From Basidiobolus meristosporus CBS 931.73 (lineage: Eukaryota; Fungi; Basidiobolomycota), in the NCBI GenBank assembly GCA_002104905.1, contig MCFE01000519.1, forward strand, positions 1-63,103: 63,103 nt of DNA, read 5' to 3'. The number at the start of each line of letters is the position of its first letter. Position 1 is the first letter of the stretch. Made by a program: the position numbers and the translations under genes. This document shows, in pieces, positions 1 to 12,722 of this stretch. Under the pieces are notes generated by a model. That model searched no databases. It had not been told where the DNA came from and saw only the letters and a program-made list of their open reading frames with translations.

Positions 1-627
1 GTTCCCGTCACCTTGATTGCTGAGGCCGTCTTCTCTCGCTGCCTGTCTGCTTTGAAGGATGAGCGTGTGAGAGCCAGCAAGATTCTGGAGGGACCCAAGA
101 ACCTCAAGTTCACTGGTGACAAGAAGCTATTCATCAAGCAATTGGGACAAGCCTTGTATGCCTCTAAGATTATCTCTTATGCTCAAGGATTCATGGCCAT
201 GAGAGAGGCAGCCAAGGAGAACGATTGGGAGCTTAACTATGGTGGCATTGCCTTGATGTGGCGTGGCGGTTGTATCATCAGATCCGCCTTCCTTGGTGAC
301 ATCAGAAAGGCCTTCCAAACCAACCCCAACTTGGAATCCCTTCTCTTTGACCCCTTCTTCCAGAAGGCCCTTGCCCGCACTCAACAGGACTGGCGTACTG
401 TGGTTGCCCAATCTGTCATGCTCGGTATCCCCACCCCAGCCATCTCCACCGCCCTTGCTTTCTACGATGGATACAGAACCAGCAACCTCCCCGCCAACTT
501 GTTGCAAGCACAACGTGACTACTTCGGCGCCCACACCTACGAACTCTTGGAAGCCCCAGGCACTCACATCCACACTAACTGGACCGGCAAGGGAGGAAAC
601 GTTAGCAGCTCCACCTACATGGCCTAA
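1..627 (+). CDS. GND1: 6-phosphogluconate dehydrogenase, C-terminal part (5' end outside window)
   Basis: Frame open from base 1. Motifs ALMWRGGCIIRS, LPANLLQAQRDYFGAHTYE and HTNWTG are diagnostic of the 6PGD C-terminal domain. Confidence 0.97.
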   Translation, partial: VPVTLIAEAVFSRCLSALKDERVRASKILEGPKNLKFTGDKKLFIKQLGQALYASKIISYAQGFMAMREAAKENDWELNYGGIALMWRGGCIIRSAFLGDIRKAFQTNPNLESLLFDPFFQKALARTQQDWRTVVAQSVMLGIPTPAISTALAFYDGYRTSNLPANLLQAQRDYFGAHTYELLEAPGTHIHTNWTGKGGNVSSSTYMA

Positions 628-805
628 ATGCCACACCCTGAATAGATAACCATCGATGTACACATACAAATAAATCCATGATTAGTAACCATCCCGGGAA
701 TCCGGTACATAACCATTCTGCATTCAATATCCGGATAAGGGCGGAAAAATTTTAGTTCTAGATAAATTCCATTCTCTCCTGGAATTCTCCAGTTTGGATT
801 TGACC

Positions 806-1117
806 ATGCTAACGATTATTCAACGCGGAGTGACCCAGAGGCTCTCAGGCGGCGCGCTGCGTCGTCTCTACTCGACACCAAGTTCGGAGAGCCTCCAGAA
901 CGAAGCCCTACGCCCCAAACCGCTGACGTTCTGGCAGATCTTTGGCGGCCCTCTGACCAACCTCTTCCTCTGGGGCTCGGTAACTACAGTGGGGCTTCAC
1001 TTCGCCTGGAGTAAACTGTACCACTTGGAGTATGTCGAGGAGATGGAAGCTAAAGTGCAGCTCCTCGAAAACAAAATCGTCGCTCTGACCCAACAACAAA
1101 CCATCCCTCCCTCATAA
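806..1117 (+). CDS. Small putative mitochondrial membrane protein
   Basis: ATG at 806. Arg-rich presequence-like N-terminus (MLTIIQRGVTQRLSGGALRRLYS), one hydrophobic segment and a short coiled-coil-like tail. No family recognised. Confidence 0.55.
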   Translation: MLTIIQRGVTQRLSGGALRRLYSTPSSESLQNEALRPKPLTFWQIFGGPLTNLFLWGSVTTVGLHFAWSKLYHLEYVEEMEAKVQLLENKIVALTQQQTIPPS

Positions 1118-1523
1118 ACAAGCCCATTCCCATGCTGCATCCCTCACTTCTGCAAACCGCCAGAGGCTCGGTTGAATAAACAACGACCGACCCCTCTGGT
1201 ACGTCACGCAGGCCTAACTTGTACATCCCACAATTGGTCAATAAATCATATTTTGCTATCTACTTGGTCGAAACCACTCTTGCAGGCAGGGCTGCGGCGG
1301 GCATCCAGGAAAGCAGACATCTTGAAGTGGCCTAAAATTTTCAATCGTATCCAATGCAAAAAAAACGGGAACCATCGTGATTGGCCGGCGAGAGGAAAAT
1401 CGGGCAAATCAGCGACGGTCGCGGAGCGAATCATTGTTCGTGAGGTGGGGGCAATAAAGGAAGAAAACTCGCGGACTGATTCTCTCTCTTTCGACTTTTC
1501 GATTCGTTTGGCCGTTCTTCAAA

Positions 1524-1821
1524 ATGGTTAGCATAGTGATCCATCGATGGATGGCCTTCAATAAACCCCAGATGCTTCGTTCACCTCACTAACCCCTTCC
1601 TTGCGTCCCTCTAGCCTAAGCAAGTCCAAGACATCAAGAACTTCCTTGAAATCGCCCGCCGCAAGGACGCCAGGTCCGCCCGCATCAAGAAGAATGGTGC
1701 TGAAGTCAAATTCAAGATCAGATGCTCCAAATACCTCTACACCCTTGTTGTTGCCGACCTTGACAAGGCTGAGAAGCTTAAGCAATCCCTCCCTCCTTCC
1801 CTCACTGTTGCTGAGATCTAA
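1524..1821 (+). CDS. RPL38: 60S ribosomal protein L38 (ATG exon + intron 1527-1614 + exon 2)
   Basis: Spliced product [69 protein letters not shown]; GT..AG intron with CTAAC branch. Not in the ORF track as such. Confidence 0.96.
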
Positions 1822-2154
1822 GCTCGCTAAACCCTCATTTTCAATAAACCCGAAGATCAAACGTGTTGGCCATTTGAGCGGGTATTCGTTTGGCTTTTGT
1901 TGGTTTGAAGATGTGTGTCGACCCCCAGTGTTGATAGATACATAATAAATGCAAAATGTCCACCTACAATACACGTCGTGCTGTGGTTTGTTTTATTGGC
2001 CCATTACCGGATATGGATTTGGTGGTTGGAATTACTAGGGTGTTGGTGCTGGGTGACCGGTGGTTGATGTTGTTTGAGCAGGGAAAGTTTATTTATTATG
2101 ATAAATTGGGCTGAAATCGAGCTCAGCCAGTGTTGGATAGCCTACTGTTTTGAA

Positions 2155-5100
2155 ATGAGCGACTTACAAGCCGTAGCAAACCAGCTTGTTCAAGCAGTTC
2201 AAACGATCTACGATATCGCCAAGAACAATGAGGAGCGCAGGGTGGCCCAACAGGTAGCGTCCTTATCGTCTCGATTGGCAACCTCCTTTTCTTTTGCTCA
2301 TCGGCTTTATTACTTCCGCAGTTCTGTGACGAGCTAAAAGAAAGCAAGTTGAGCCCAGTGTATGGCTACTATCTAGCGGACAAGGATAAATTTGCCGACG
2401 AAGTGAGGCATGTGGGCCTAGGTATGATGGAGAATGCCGTTCGTTATCACTGGGGAAATTACACAGAAGAAGAGCAAATCAGCATCCGGGAGAACATAGT
2501 GAATTTGATACTTGGGGTAACCAGGCTTCTCCTCTAGGTTTCGGGGGACTTTTACTAAAACCACAGCTTTGCACCAGGGAACCCATGATATTCTTCTGGA
2601 GAGGAAGTTTATTAAGGAGAAGGTGGCCTCAATTTTCGTCGAGATAGCCAAGCGTACTTGGCCAAGCAAATGGCCTCAGATGGATGGCCTTTTAAGAGAT
2701 ATGTACTACAGATCGGTAAGAGCAAACCCACGAACAAACCAACACCTCTACCTTTCCTGAGCAATTCTATTCCAGCACACCACTCAGGAGTATGCTCTGA
2801 TGATCTATAGATCACTGGCCGAAGATGTCTTCGAATACGATGACCCGATCGTCGAGTTACGCCGGAAAGAGCTACGGGCGGCCATGATCTGCTCCGTGGC
2901 CAGTGAGGCTGCTTTGGCCTCGCAATATCCAGATGGGTTGAAAAAGGAGACAGACGACGAAGCAGTGGTCATGAGAGGGGAAGCTGGGAACGAAGGTTGG
3001 CTGATTAGATGGACTAGGGGCCTCGAGGCGCTAGCTAATCAATGGAACTCCGACGTAAGTCATTCATACGCGGATGGCTCGAACGAAGTTACTCATCACA
3101 CTCTTTACGTTTACAGCGCAGCAGAGGTGCAGAGCTACTGTCCATCACCACACTGAACACCATCGCTGCCCATCTCGACTGGGTTACAGCCAAGGCTATT
3201 GCTGAAACCCGCATCATTGGCCTGCTCTGCACACTTCTTAGCAGCGAGTCCCATGATATCAGAATGGGTGCGATCGAGTGCCTTCTGATCGTGTTCAGTC
3301 GGAACTTTCCCCAATTTGAGGATAGGTCCACGGTGATTTGGCCGGTTCTAGACGAAGGTGGCTTGGAGCTGATCTTCTCCGCTTACACCAAAATCTACCA
3401 GGCAAACGTGGAGCCTCTGGGCAGTAATGAGTATCTTTTCATGAAGAGAGTGTTTCAGGTCAGTGTCTGTGGTTAGTGCAAGAAAGGCCAGTGGCTAACG
3501 CTCGCGCAATGTAGACAATTGTTGCTTTGGGAGTCAACAACATATGCTTCAAGAAAAACAGCTCTCTTATACCCAAGCAATTCAAGCAGTACATCTCGCT
3601 GATCAACGCGCTCTCCGAAAACCAGTCCATCCTCTTGTCATCCATGATCACCGAGTTTTGGATCGTTGCCCTGAAGCACGAGTACATCAGTAAGCAAGAG
3701 GCGATCATTGAGCAATTCCCATATCTGTTGAACCTGGCCTTCCGCCATCTGCACAAGGTCGAAACCACCAACGACTTCCCCAATGAAGTCACCCAACAGT
3801 ACGCTGCCGATGATTTCGAGACCCAGGCGGAGTTCCGTGGCTTTGAGGATGGCCTTCGCACCAGAATGGTAGAGATACTGAAGCTCCTGGTTTCCTCGAA
3901 ACCGTTAGACATTCTCTCTTGGATGTTCGAGAAGGTCTCCAACTTTTTGGACGCCCCCGCGGATACCGCCAACCGCAATCCTCAGGGGATGTGCACTGCC
4001 CGCTCCCCATATTACATCCAGTTCGACGCACACATGACCCTCCTGGAGTCGACATTGGGCGGCCTGCCTGCGGAAGTGATCTCCAATCCAAAGGATGAGA
4101 GTCAGCAGACGACACAGATGCAAGTGGTCATGGCCTTGAATGGGCTGTTGACCAAACTCATCAATTTCCAATACCCAGACCCGCTGATTGTCACCCGACA
4201 GCTGCCTGGCATAGTGGTATTTGGCAAACTGATGCAGGTGGATTCGTCGTGTCTGATGGGCGCTTTGCAGAAAATCTTTACCTTCGTGACGTTCAAAATG
4301 AATGACGAGAACGTGAACAACCTCAGTGAATCCACTCTGCAGCTTCGTCGCAAAGCCTCCACCTCGTTGGTGAAGCTGGGAGTCACCATCCCCGACGTTC
4401 TGATGAAAATATTCTCCGACATCATGTCGGCCGTCCAGCCACTGTTGGAGGGCAGTGACTTGCGACCACCGGAGAAGAACTACATCTTCGAGTGGCTTCT
4501 GGCGATCGGCCACCACTCCACCTCCCCTCTCGAGCACAAAAAGAACATCTTCACCTCCGTGCTGGACCCCTTCATGCAGGAATGGTGCTCGCCCGAGATC
4601 CAAAATGCCATCGCCTCCCAGTCTGCATTCATGGAGTATGTCGGGATCAATGACTACGTGTCGGCCGTGACAAAAGTAAACGGCGACCCCTCCCTAAACC
4701 CATCCACACCACTTGATCGTGACTACGCCCAGCCCTCGCAGGAAAGGCGGACTAAAATCCTGCGCACAGTCAATGCGCTCTCCCTGTTTCTGCGCCGCAC
4801 ATTGGACTCGAACGCGAAGCTCGGCTCCTCCAGCCCCGAGGACCAATTTTGGTTCCCGTACCTGGAATACATTCTTCCCAATCTATTGTCACTTATCAAG
4901 TGCGTCCATGGCTTGTGGAATACTCAGCACTGGCAGGCCTATCCTCAAGAAGCCCTCTCCATGCTGGAGATGAGCCAAAACGAGCGGATCCTATTGATCG
5001 GGGGCGTCCCATCGAAACGTCACGACACCCTGACCCCAGGAAGCCTCGAGTACGCCACCAGCGTGTACACCAGCTGGTTCGGCAACATTCGGCAATCCAG

Positions 5101-6178
5101 CTATAGTGTGCTGGGGATGTTGGCCACCATTGAGAATGGATTCTACAATATCCCCCGGCTGAATGAATATCTGGTCAACTCGCTGTTCGAGAGTGTGTCT
5201 CACGTATCAACTCGCCACTGGAAGTCGTTGATCACCCTGGTTGTGCGCCCGCTGATCCTCCACTGTGTTCCGGACCGTCTGGAGACCACGTTTAATTCCT
5301 TCCTGCCGTCGATGATTCAATTCATCAACGACAGACTGCAGACAGAATGGCAAGCGTTGTACAGAAAAGGGCTTCAACTGACCACTCCGGAGGAGGCCGT
5401 GGCGTTCGAGAACGACCTGGAGGAGGGAGACGTGTCGGATGAGATGATCACCGAGAAAATCCTACGAGATTTCACCCGCTCTTACGTCGACCTATGGAAC
5501 AAGATCTTCATCCCTGCCGACGCACACGATGAGGGACTTACGGCACGATACACCATATTGCAGGAATACATGCTCAAAACAACCGTGGCCTCGCCGCTGA
5601 TTCAGGCCCTGACCCAACTGATCGCATTCAAGGACACGATTTCCTGTCTGAGAACGGTCAACATCTGTCTGAAGATCATTCCCAGCATTAAGCCCCTTCC
5701 TCAGCTCCACCCATTGATCGGAGGGGACCTTCTGATGGCCGCACTGCAGGCGTTGCATGACGGCTACCATCAAGAAGGGCATAGCAACATCATCTCTCTG
5801 GTTGTAGAGATTTACATCACCCTGCGAGGCATCACCACCGTACCGTATGAAACATTCGCCAAACTGCCCGACATGAACCCGCAAAAGCTTGAAGCGTTCG
5901 AGGCCTCCCTGGCGACCACCACCGAACCACGCTCACAGAAGGCGCTGATGCGCACATTCCTTCAGAATATTATTGGAGTAAGTGGCTCGCTTAGTACGAT
6001 ACAATTCCCATGGTTCCTAACAATTTTCCACTAGACTTCCAAGGGAGAATGGTTCAAGAAGAAGCAGAACTACGATCCGGAATCGGCGCCTCGTGCCGCC
6101 CAGGTGGTCCCACTCTCCTTCCTCAAGACGCAACGACCTGACGACGAGGAAATCGACCTGGGATGGTTGTTCGATTAA
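2155..6178 (+). CDS. XPO5: Exportin-5 / Msn5-like karyopherin (multi-exon)
   Basis: N-terminal ERRVAQQ/FCDELKE, HVGLGMMENAVRYHW and IFVEIAKRTWPSKWPQMD segments; 835-aa helical ORF 3527-6034; last exon ends ...DLGWLFD*. Confidence 0.85.
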
Positions 6179-6266
6179 TACCATTAGCTCGATTAGACAT
6201 TTAATAACTTAGAATATCCCCCGTCTGTAATAAATCGTGTATTGAATGCTATACCGCCTTGACTAG

Positions 6267-6849
6267 TTAAATATCCTTGTAAATCAGATCGTATTGCGGG
6301 ATTCTAGCTTTGTCGATGGGACAGTCCACTATACGTTTGCCTCGCATAGCACCTCGGTACACCACCTCGACCAGGTCAATGAAATCCTGCTTCGTATGGA
6401 ACGCCCCGACGAATTTCGTGTGGTCGGGGGTGCTGGAAAAAGAAGAGGGGAAGGTGCGTTGTTACTTCATAGCAGCTAGAGGTATGGAAAAGCAACCGTC
6501 TCGTTACCCGTAATCGACCTTCATGTGCTGCGCGTTGAAGAAGAATATGGTGGAAGGTATCAGGGAGATGTCGAAATACTTCACATACTGAGGCACCGCG
6601 TCAACCTCCACCGTGTATATCCTTGCCATGTTGGCTAGTTCTGGCTCGGCTTTTGCTAGCTGCCGAGGTCTCGTGAGTGGCGGAGGCGAAAGGGTTGTTC
6701 GGGAATCATCTACTTACCAGATGGTCCAATTGTAAACATACAGCGTCGGAAGCTCTGCCGAACCTTAGCACCACAACCAGCTCTTCCGTCTCTCTAATCA
6801 CCGTGTCGATCTCTCGCTTTTTGTTCAGACTGGTCAACAAGTAGGACAT
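6267..6849 (-). CDS. TXNL4B: Thioredoxin-like U5 snRNP-associated protein TXNL4B (Dim2/DLP), 3 exons
   Basis: Manual splice gives [166 protein letters not shown] and the YDLxYxDI end match TXNL4B rather than Dim1/TXNL4A. Confidence 0.9.
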
Positions 6850-6962
6850 ATTTGTCAAGAAGCCACCTGGATGGTTTGGAGTGTGATTATAAAGGGTGCT
6901 TAACCAGTTGGATAAAATCGGGTTGGTTTAAACCTCATCCAAGAGGATGAGCTTCTCGCGAC

Positions 6963-6973
6963 TCACGTGACGT
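6963..6973. promoter_or_regulatory. Overlapping E-box (TCACGTGA) and CRE-like (TGACGT) site in a short divergent promoter
   Basis: tcacgtgacgt lies in the ~190-bp gap between the TXNL4B start (6849, -) and the next start (7043, +). Confidence 0.35.
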
Positions 6974-7042
6974 AAGGTTCACCATCAACACGAATTTCTC
7001 TGGCATGCATCCATCTGGCATCTGTACACTTCATAGAAAGTC

Positions 7043-7696
7043 ATGTCAGCACCAGCCTTCTACCAACATGCCTACGCCGAAGCGACCGATCCTACGGCTC
7101 AGATGGTGAATATTTTTCATGTATTCCTGATTTTCAGCGTAACCAAGGCTAATCGTTCGAAACGATGAACACCTCACAGACAAAAACTGCCCTGGCCAGT
7201 TCGGAGCTTCCAACCTCCCCGACATCTCAGAACCCACATTTGGTCAACGTGACTAGCGGGCCGGAACTGAATTTAAGCCCGGAGACCGGTAGGTACTATA
7301 GCGAAGTTCGAGACCTTGCTGCCGATTAATCTCTCCTCGCTTCCCACGAAGTGAGCAACTTTTGCACCTCGGACAACGGACAGCTTCTATGGTTCGCCAC
7401 GCCCCCATTGGTACTGGACGCCCCCACCAAACCGCAGCATTCGCTGGAGTACCTGTACCAGAAACTTCGCCAACGAAAAGACAAAGTATACACACTGTTA
7501 AGCATTCCATGCAGTTCGATAAATATTCACCCGTCTTTGCTCTGGCAGAAATCTTCCAAGGATACCGGTGGTAAAAAAGGTAGATACCCCTCGTTTGTCG
7601 ACCCACCCGCCCCGACAATAGCCTCACCTCCTTGACATCGTGACAGATGCCCACTCACACCAGGCTACCGAAGACATGGAGATAGACGTGGCGTGA
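7043..7696 (+). CDS. Hypothetical intron-containing protein with a NGQLLWFATPP...HSLEYL segment
   Basis: Plausible spliced frame MSAPAFYQHAYAEATDPTAQM/TKTALASS...PETVSNFCTSDNGQLLWFATPPLVLDAPTKPQHSLEYLYQKLRQRKDK; the 3' exon is uncertain. Confidence 0.45.
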
Positions 7697-7862
7697 TCAA
7701 TGTAAACTACGGGCAGGTTTGTACAGAACGCAAATGGATACATAATAAACAGGGGCCAATTGGGAAGTCATGATCAATGCGAAGATAGGATAGATCGAAT
7801 TTATTGAAGATGTATGAGTGTGTATGTATGTAAAGAATAAATCGACGTTGGCTGCCATGCGA

Positions 7863-8828
7863 TTAACGTTTGACCCAGGTGTTCTTCTTTCTAGCCTTGG
7901 GCTGGCCAGTCTTTTTACGTTCGACTTGGCGGGGATCGTGGGTGAGGCATCCGGCTAGAGAATGATTGGCCTTTAGTAGATGGTCTAGGATGATGCTGGT
8001 GCTCCGGTTACAAATTACCTTCTCTAAGTTCGGGTTTCTTGGTTGGCTCTTGGATCACCAGAGCTCTGGTCACTCCGAGGGCGATGGCGTCGGCTTGACC
8101 TAATGATTGCTGGGTCAACAAACAGAACAGACTGGCTCAGGCTACCGTACCGTATGCTTACCTGTGGTTCCACCACCTTGGGCCAATGCCCAGGTATTGT
8201 ATCTACCCAAGGTCTGGGAGGCAATGAATGGGAAGACGATCTTCTGGCGATCGTGTTGGTGATAAAAGTAGTCGGCCAAAGGCTTTCCGTTGACAAAGAA
8301 CTGGCCCTCTCCCTCGACCATCCAGACACGGGCTGAGGAGGTCTTGCGCTTCCCGAAGCCGTAGGACTTGCCGCACTCGTCGACGGCTTTGGTCTTCTTG
8401 GACTCCTCGCCGATATCCATTGCTCTCTTGAACCGCTGGATATATGTGGTGATATGCTCGGGTAGGTTCTGCTTGCGATGCAATACGTTCAGACGAGAGG
8501 TGATCTTTCTGTACTGAGCCGAGGTCAAGGAAAGTCTTAGCTCCTCCGAAAGGCGTTTGTTGGACAACCAGGGAGAGACGGTGGTGTTGATGGTCAACTC
8601 CGGAAGCTCCGAACATTCCTTCTGAAGTTCGTCGAGGTTCATGAGGAGATCATTGTAGTCGGGATTTCCAGAGAAGTAGGTGGCAGAACGAGGGACCTCG
8701 CGTGGTCTGATGGCTATCTCTTGGGAGGTGTAGCTGAAGGTAGAAGCCATGCGGGCACCGAGACAGCCTGTGGCTCCACGGAAGGCGGTGTAACGAGCGA
8801 TTTGGGCACCCCGGACGAATGAAATCAT
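7863..8828 (-). CDS. MRPS9: Mitochondrial ribosomal protein S9 (uS9m), 3 exons
   Basis: GKRKTSSARV and GGGTTG/QADAIALGVTRAL motifs; last exon GCLTHDPRQVERKKTGQPKARKKNTWVKR*. Confidence 0.95.
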
Positions 8829-9240
8829 TGTTCTAGGTGGAATGAAGAGGGTTTTCGACCAAGTGGACTGTCACAGTTCAGCTTTCTCTCGGGCTAGTTA
8901 GAACTTTTTTCTTGCCGCACTCCCCTGGGCAAAGTATAAAATTTTTGGATGATGCGGGAAAAACGGGGGACAATTCGAATCGGCATCACGCCAACCCCAG
9001 ACCCCAGAAATCCTCACTCCACGGTGTGGCCCGGTGTGGATGGGTGCTCCGAGGGATGGAGGATGGATTGGATGTGGAATAGACTGCAGTTGATCAGGAG
9101 ATTCATGATTTATTGATTCATTGTTTCTTAGGCATGGCTTTCAAAGAAAGTCTCAAGGGAAAGATGGGATGAGTGGTTGTCTAGTTTAGAGAAGTATGGA
9201 TGAGAGTGCGATATGCATGTTGTTGTCTTGAATGTGGAAT

Positions 9241-10222
9241 TCATTGCTGGGTTTGGCTTGCCGCGGCTGTGGCCCACTTCTTTCTGAGAGCGACGATCTT
9301 TCCGACGATATCCTGGTGGCCACGCTTCTCATAGGCTGAAATCAACTTGTTGACAGCTTCCTCGGACAGCTGCTTGGCCTCGCTCTTCGAATGCTTCGCC
9401 CAATGCTTATAGTCACTGAAGGTCATTCTGCCTCTTTCCCAGCCGATTTTGGTGTCTCCGTGCAGGCAGGTCTCTATCAGAAGAGAGAAGTTGCTGGCCT
9501 CGTGCTCGAGGTCATAATAGGGCATGATGCCGAAAGTGCGGAACATGTTGTCCAAATGTTGGACATATTCCTCTTCATTTCCATCCTCGATGGCTTGGAC
9601 TGCTTTAGTCTTGAACGATTTCATCACATCGGCAAAGTTTGAGGAGGCGGGGAAGTGGTGGTAAGTAGCAGGGTCCGAGAATACAGTGAGGGCGACCTCG
9701 GGGGTATTGTACTTGCTGCACAACTTGACAAGATATCTGGTGGAAAACACATCAATGGGGTATTGTTGGTTTCTCCACTGGGCAAGGAGCTGTGGCAACA
9801 GCAAAACCTCGTCGGCGCTGGAGACCTTCATGAGCAGATTGTTTAGCGCAGAATGGCGAATGGGTTGGAGGCCATGGACTTTAGGGACAGTGCGGTTGAA
9901 TAGGCTCTTGTAAACCTTGTAGAAGTCAGCATTCACACCGGGAGTTTTGGCGGGAATAGAAATAGGTTCGGAAGAAGCTTCGCTCTTTGGAGCGGCTGTC
10001 AAGGAGAAGGGTTTAGAATAATGCTTCAGCGGGGAGTGGACAAGAAAATGGTTACCAAAGAGAGCACTAGCACTTTGCAGCTGTCTTACTATTTGAACGG
10101 AACACTCTATGTTAAGGCTGGAGGAGTAGTCGACGCTTCATAACATTCTTACCTTGAAGTGCTGACGAAATTCTCTGTTGTAAGGAGAATGGTTTGAAAT
10201 TCTTGAGGATATTGGCAGCCAT
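9241..10222 (-). CDS. Putative mitochondrial helical-repeat (PPR-like) protein, 2 exons
   Basis: ATG 10222 with a presequence-like exon, joined in frame by a GT..AG intron to the 253-aa ORF. The PPR resemblance is weak inference. Confidence 0.55.
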
Positions 10223-10873
10223 CTCTTCGAATGTCACGGTCAACCCACAGGCACTGAGAAAGGTTCCTCTCTTTGTCAAAATTTTCCCCGGCACTATCAC
10301 CAAAAAAATTCTCGCTCCATCCTAGCAAGTCATCACTAGATCATATTTGGGACAGTGTGTTTAACTGGACCGTACTTTGGTGATTATATTTAACCAAGCC
10401 CACACAAAGCTTGGCTAAATCAAACGACCGGAAAAGACTGAAACATGGGAGCCCTAACCCTAAAGCCGCCGGCATCTTTCATCCATCTCCAATGACTGTA
10501 ACCTATGGTCATGAAGGAAACATTTCGATTTCCAAAACTTCAGAAAAGGCATCCTACATGAATGCTTGATTGGGTTGTGTCATTCTACTTAATATAGTAT
10601 GACAGCATTCCAAAAATGCCCTTTTTCCACCAATCAACCGCCAGGAGAATCATGCCGATTCCCCATGGATTTACAATATTTACTTTTTGTTGGAATGTTT
10701 CAATTACTCATTCCAATCCGAATGTGGTGGTATATAAAGGTAAATCCCATCCGCCATGTTTCTAATTTCTCTTAACCCTTACCCTATTGTTATTTCAACC
10801 AGTTCCCTTTACCTTTATTCGTAGTAGTACCTCTGTAGAAAAGCTGTCTTAATCCTATCCGTTAATCCCGACC

Positions 10874-11182
10874 ATGCACAAATCCAAAAAAGTTAGAGTT
10901 CCTGAAGGCCCCTCGGTCGACCTTAGCCACAGTATCCGCCCCAAAGTCCCACAGCCTGTCCAATCTTCCTTGATGTGCGGGCCCATGCGTGTTCGCAAAG
11001 CCGTGAGTGAGGGCTACAAGCACACGAACATCATGGCCAACCCACTAAATGCCCACCCTACGCAACAATCCCCAAACAAAGTTATGGAAGTTAGCTCTGG
11101 CCAGACTCACGGAATCAAACACAAGGCATCCCACCAGACGTTGCTGACCAAGTACTTTGAGGCCGATTATATGGATATATAA
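10874..11182 (+). CDS. Spd1/Dif1/Sml1-family ribonucleotide reductase inhibitor
   Basis: MHKSKKV...RPKVPQPVQSSLMCGPMRVRKAVSEGYK parallels, from recall, the S. pombe Spd1 segment RPQLPESIQGSLMDVGMRVRKSISTGYK (RNR_inhib family). Confidence 0.8.
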   Translation: MHKSKKVRVPEGPSVDLSHSIRPKVPQPVQSSLMCGPMRVRKAVSEGYKHTNIMANPLNAHPTQQSPNKVMEVSSGQTHGIKHKASHQTLLTKYFEADYMDI

Positions 11183-11749
11183 CTGCTTCGCGAGACCCTA
11201 TCCCTACCGCTTCTTACCTTGGCTATACTACATATCTATGTGTATACTTTTTGGTTGGATCCCTCAAGAACCCGCTTTTCACGTTTCTCTAATGTTTATT
11301 AGCACCTTTGATTTCGCAATTTTCCCACTTCCCTTCTTCGTACCTTCAAACGGGGCAAACGCCCAGTAGTTTCTTAGTGTAGTCTCTTGGAAGAGTCATG
11401 TCCGGCCGCGTTCACGAAACCAGTTCTTCGTGGCGTGCTTTCATGGTCAGATCAACATTAATACAGTCATAATAGCCAAACGATGCAATTGGAGTTGTCG
11501 GAAGAATTAGGCTGAGCTGAAGTTTGCAACGTAATTTATGTGTAAATCATTGTAGCACCTCTGGTGCGTACCTAACCTTTCCCATTTGTACATTAAACTG
11601 GTCTTTTCTCCCAAGCATCTACCCATTTCCAGCAGTGGGGCTGTACCACCCACATGCATGAGATCACATCGACTGGCTGGTCAATTTCAATCCAATTTTA
11701 TTCTATGTCGTCCCCTTGCTGCGATAGTACAGCTTCACCAAACGGATTA

Positions 11750-12374
11750 TTAAGTCTCCAGTGCCATGATATCGCGGCGGGATTTTACTATAAGTTCGGG
11801 AATATCTGGCTGTTTATCTTTTCCTGTTGGTTGGCGCAGTTAGGGTCAGAGCTGAATAAATACGCATTAGGTTGAAGTGAGAGGCTTACTTTTACTCAGT
11901 ATTTGTTGCAGTTTCAAAAGCAGTTCGCGGTCATATTTTATGGCCGCTTGTTGACATGACTTGATGGTGCCACCCAGATGAATCACTCGGAAGAGGCAAT
12001 CTTGCTTTTCGATGGAGGTGATGAACGTTAGAGTCGCCCATAATGTGTGATAATGGTCTCTTGCTACACGCGCGATTCCAATGTTCGTGTATGGACTAAA
12101 ATATTTGACTGAGACGGGTGAATATATGGAAACGGTCAGGGGGCGCAGTCTATTTTGGCTAGGGAGACGACTAACCTTGTAACGAGGAGCCTAAACAGCC
12201 TTGTCCGTAATCGCCGAAATTCAAGACGATTTGCTCCTTGAATAGGTTTTGTAACGTGCGTGTATTCAAAGGTGTGTCGAATGGGTGGGTTGGTTGAAGA
12301 TGCGTGGCCTTCGAGCCATTGGTTTCCTCGAAAAGGATTTCGAATAAAATGTATCTGTTCTTGAAACGAACCAT
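11750..12374 (-). CDS. POP5: RNase P/MRP subunit Pop5 (multi-exon)
   Basis: MVRFKNRYILFEI start, DYG...SLQ/VKYFSPYTNIGIARVARDH and VIHLGGTIKSCQ segments; the last exon boundary is approximate. Confidence 0.9.
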
Positions 12375-12722
12375 GTCACCGTCCGAGGGGAAGTTGGTTG
12401 TGGTGCTTTCACAAAGTGGTCGATTTGGTCATTCCATGGAAATTCATGGTTATCCATCTTGAGTGATTTCTTTTTTTTTATTTCGATTTTCACTTTAAAT
12501 CGTCTTACCGATATGATCCAGAGTATCAACCTCCATGGATAATGACTTTCCTGCCTTTTCCTGCCTTCATACGTTGATGTTGTGATGCGATTGATGGTTT
12601 ACTCCATGACTACCCTTGACGAAATATATTCAAAATGTTTGTCCCGATGATTTATTGAGGATGTGTGGAATAAATTGTGCGATGATGTATCAATGGATCT
12701 TTGAATGAGTTACGAAATTAAA

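Noticed and set aside
10453-10463. ccctaacccta upstream of the Spd1-like gene
   Set aside because: Fewer than two full repeats; can occur by chance.
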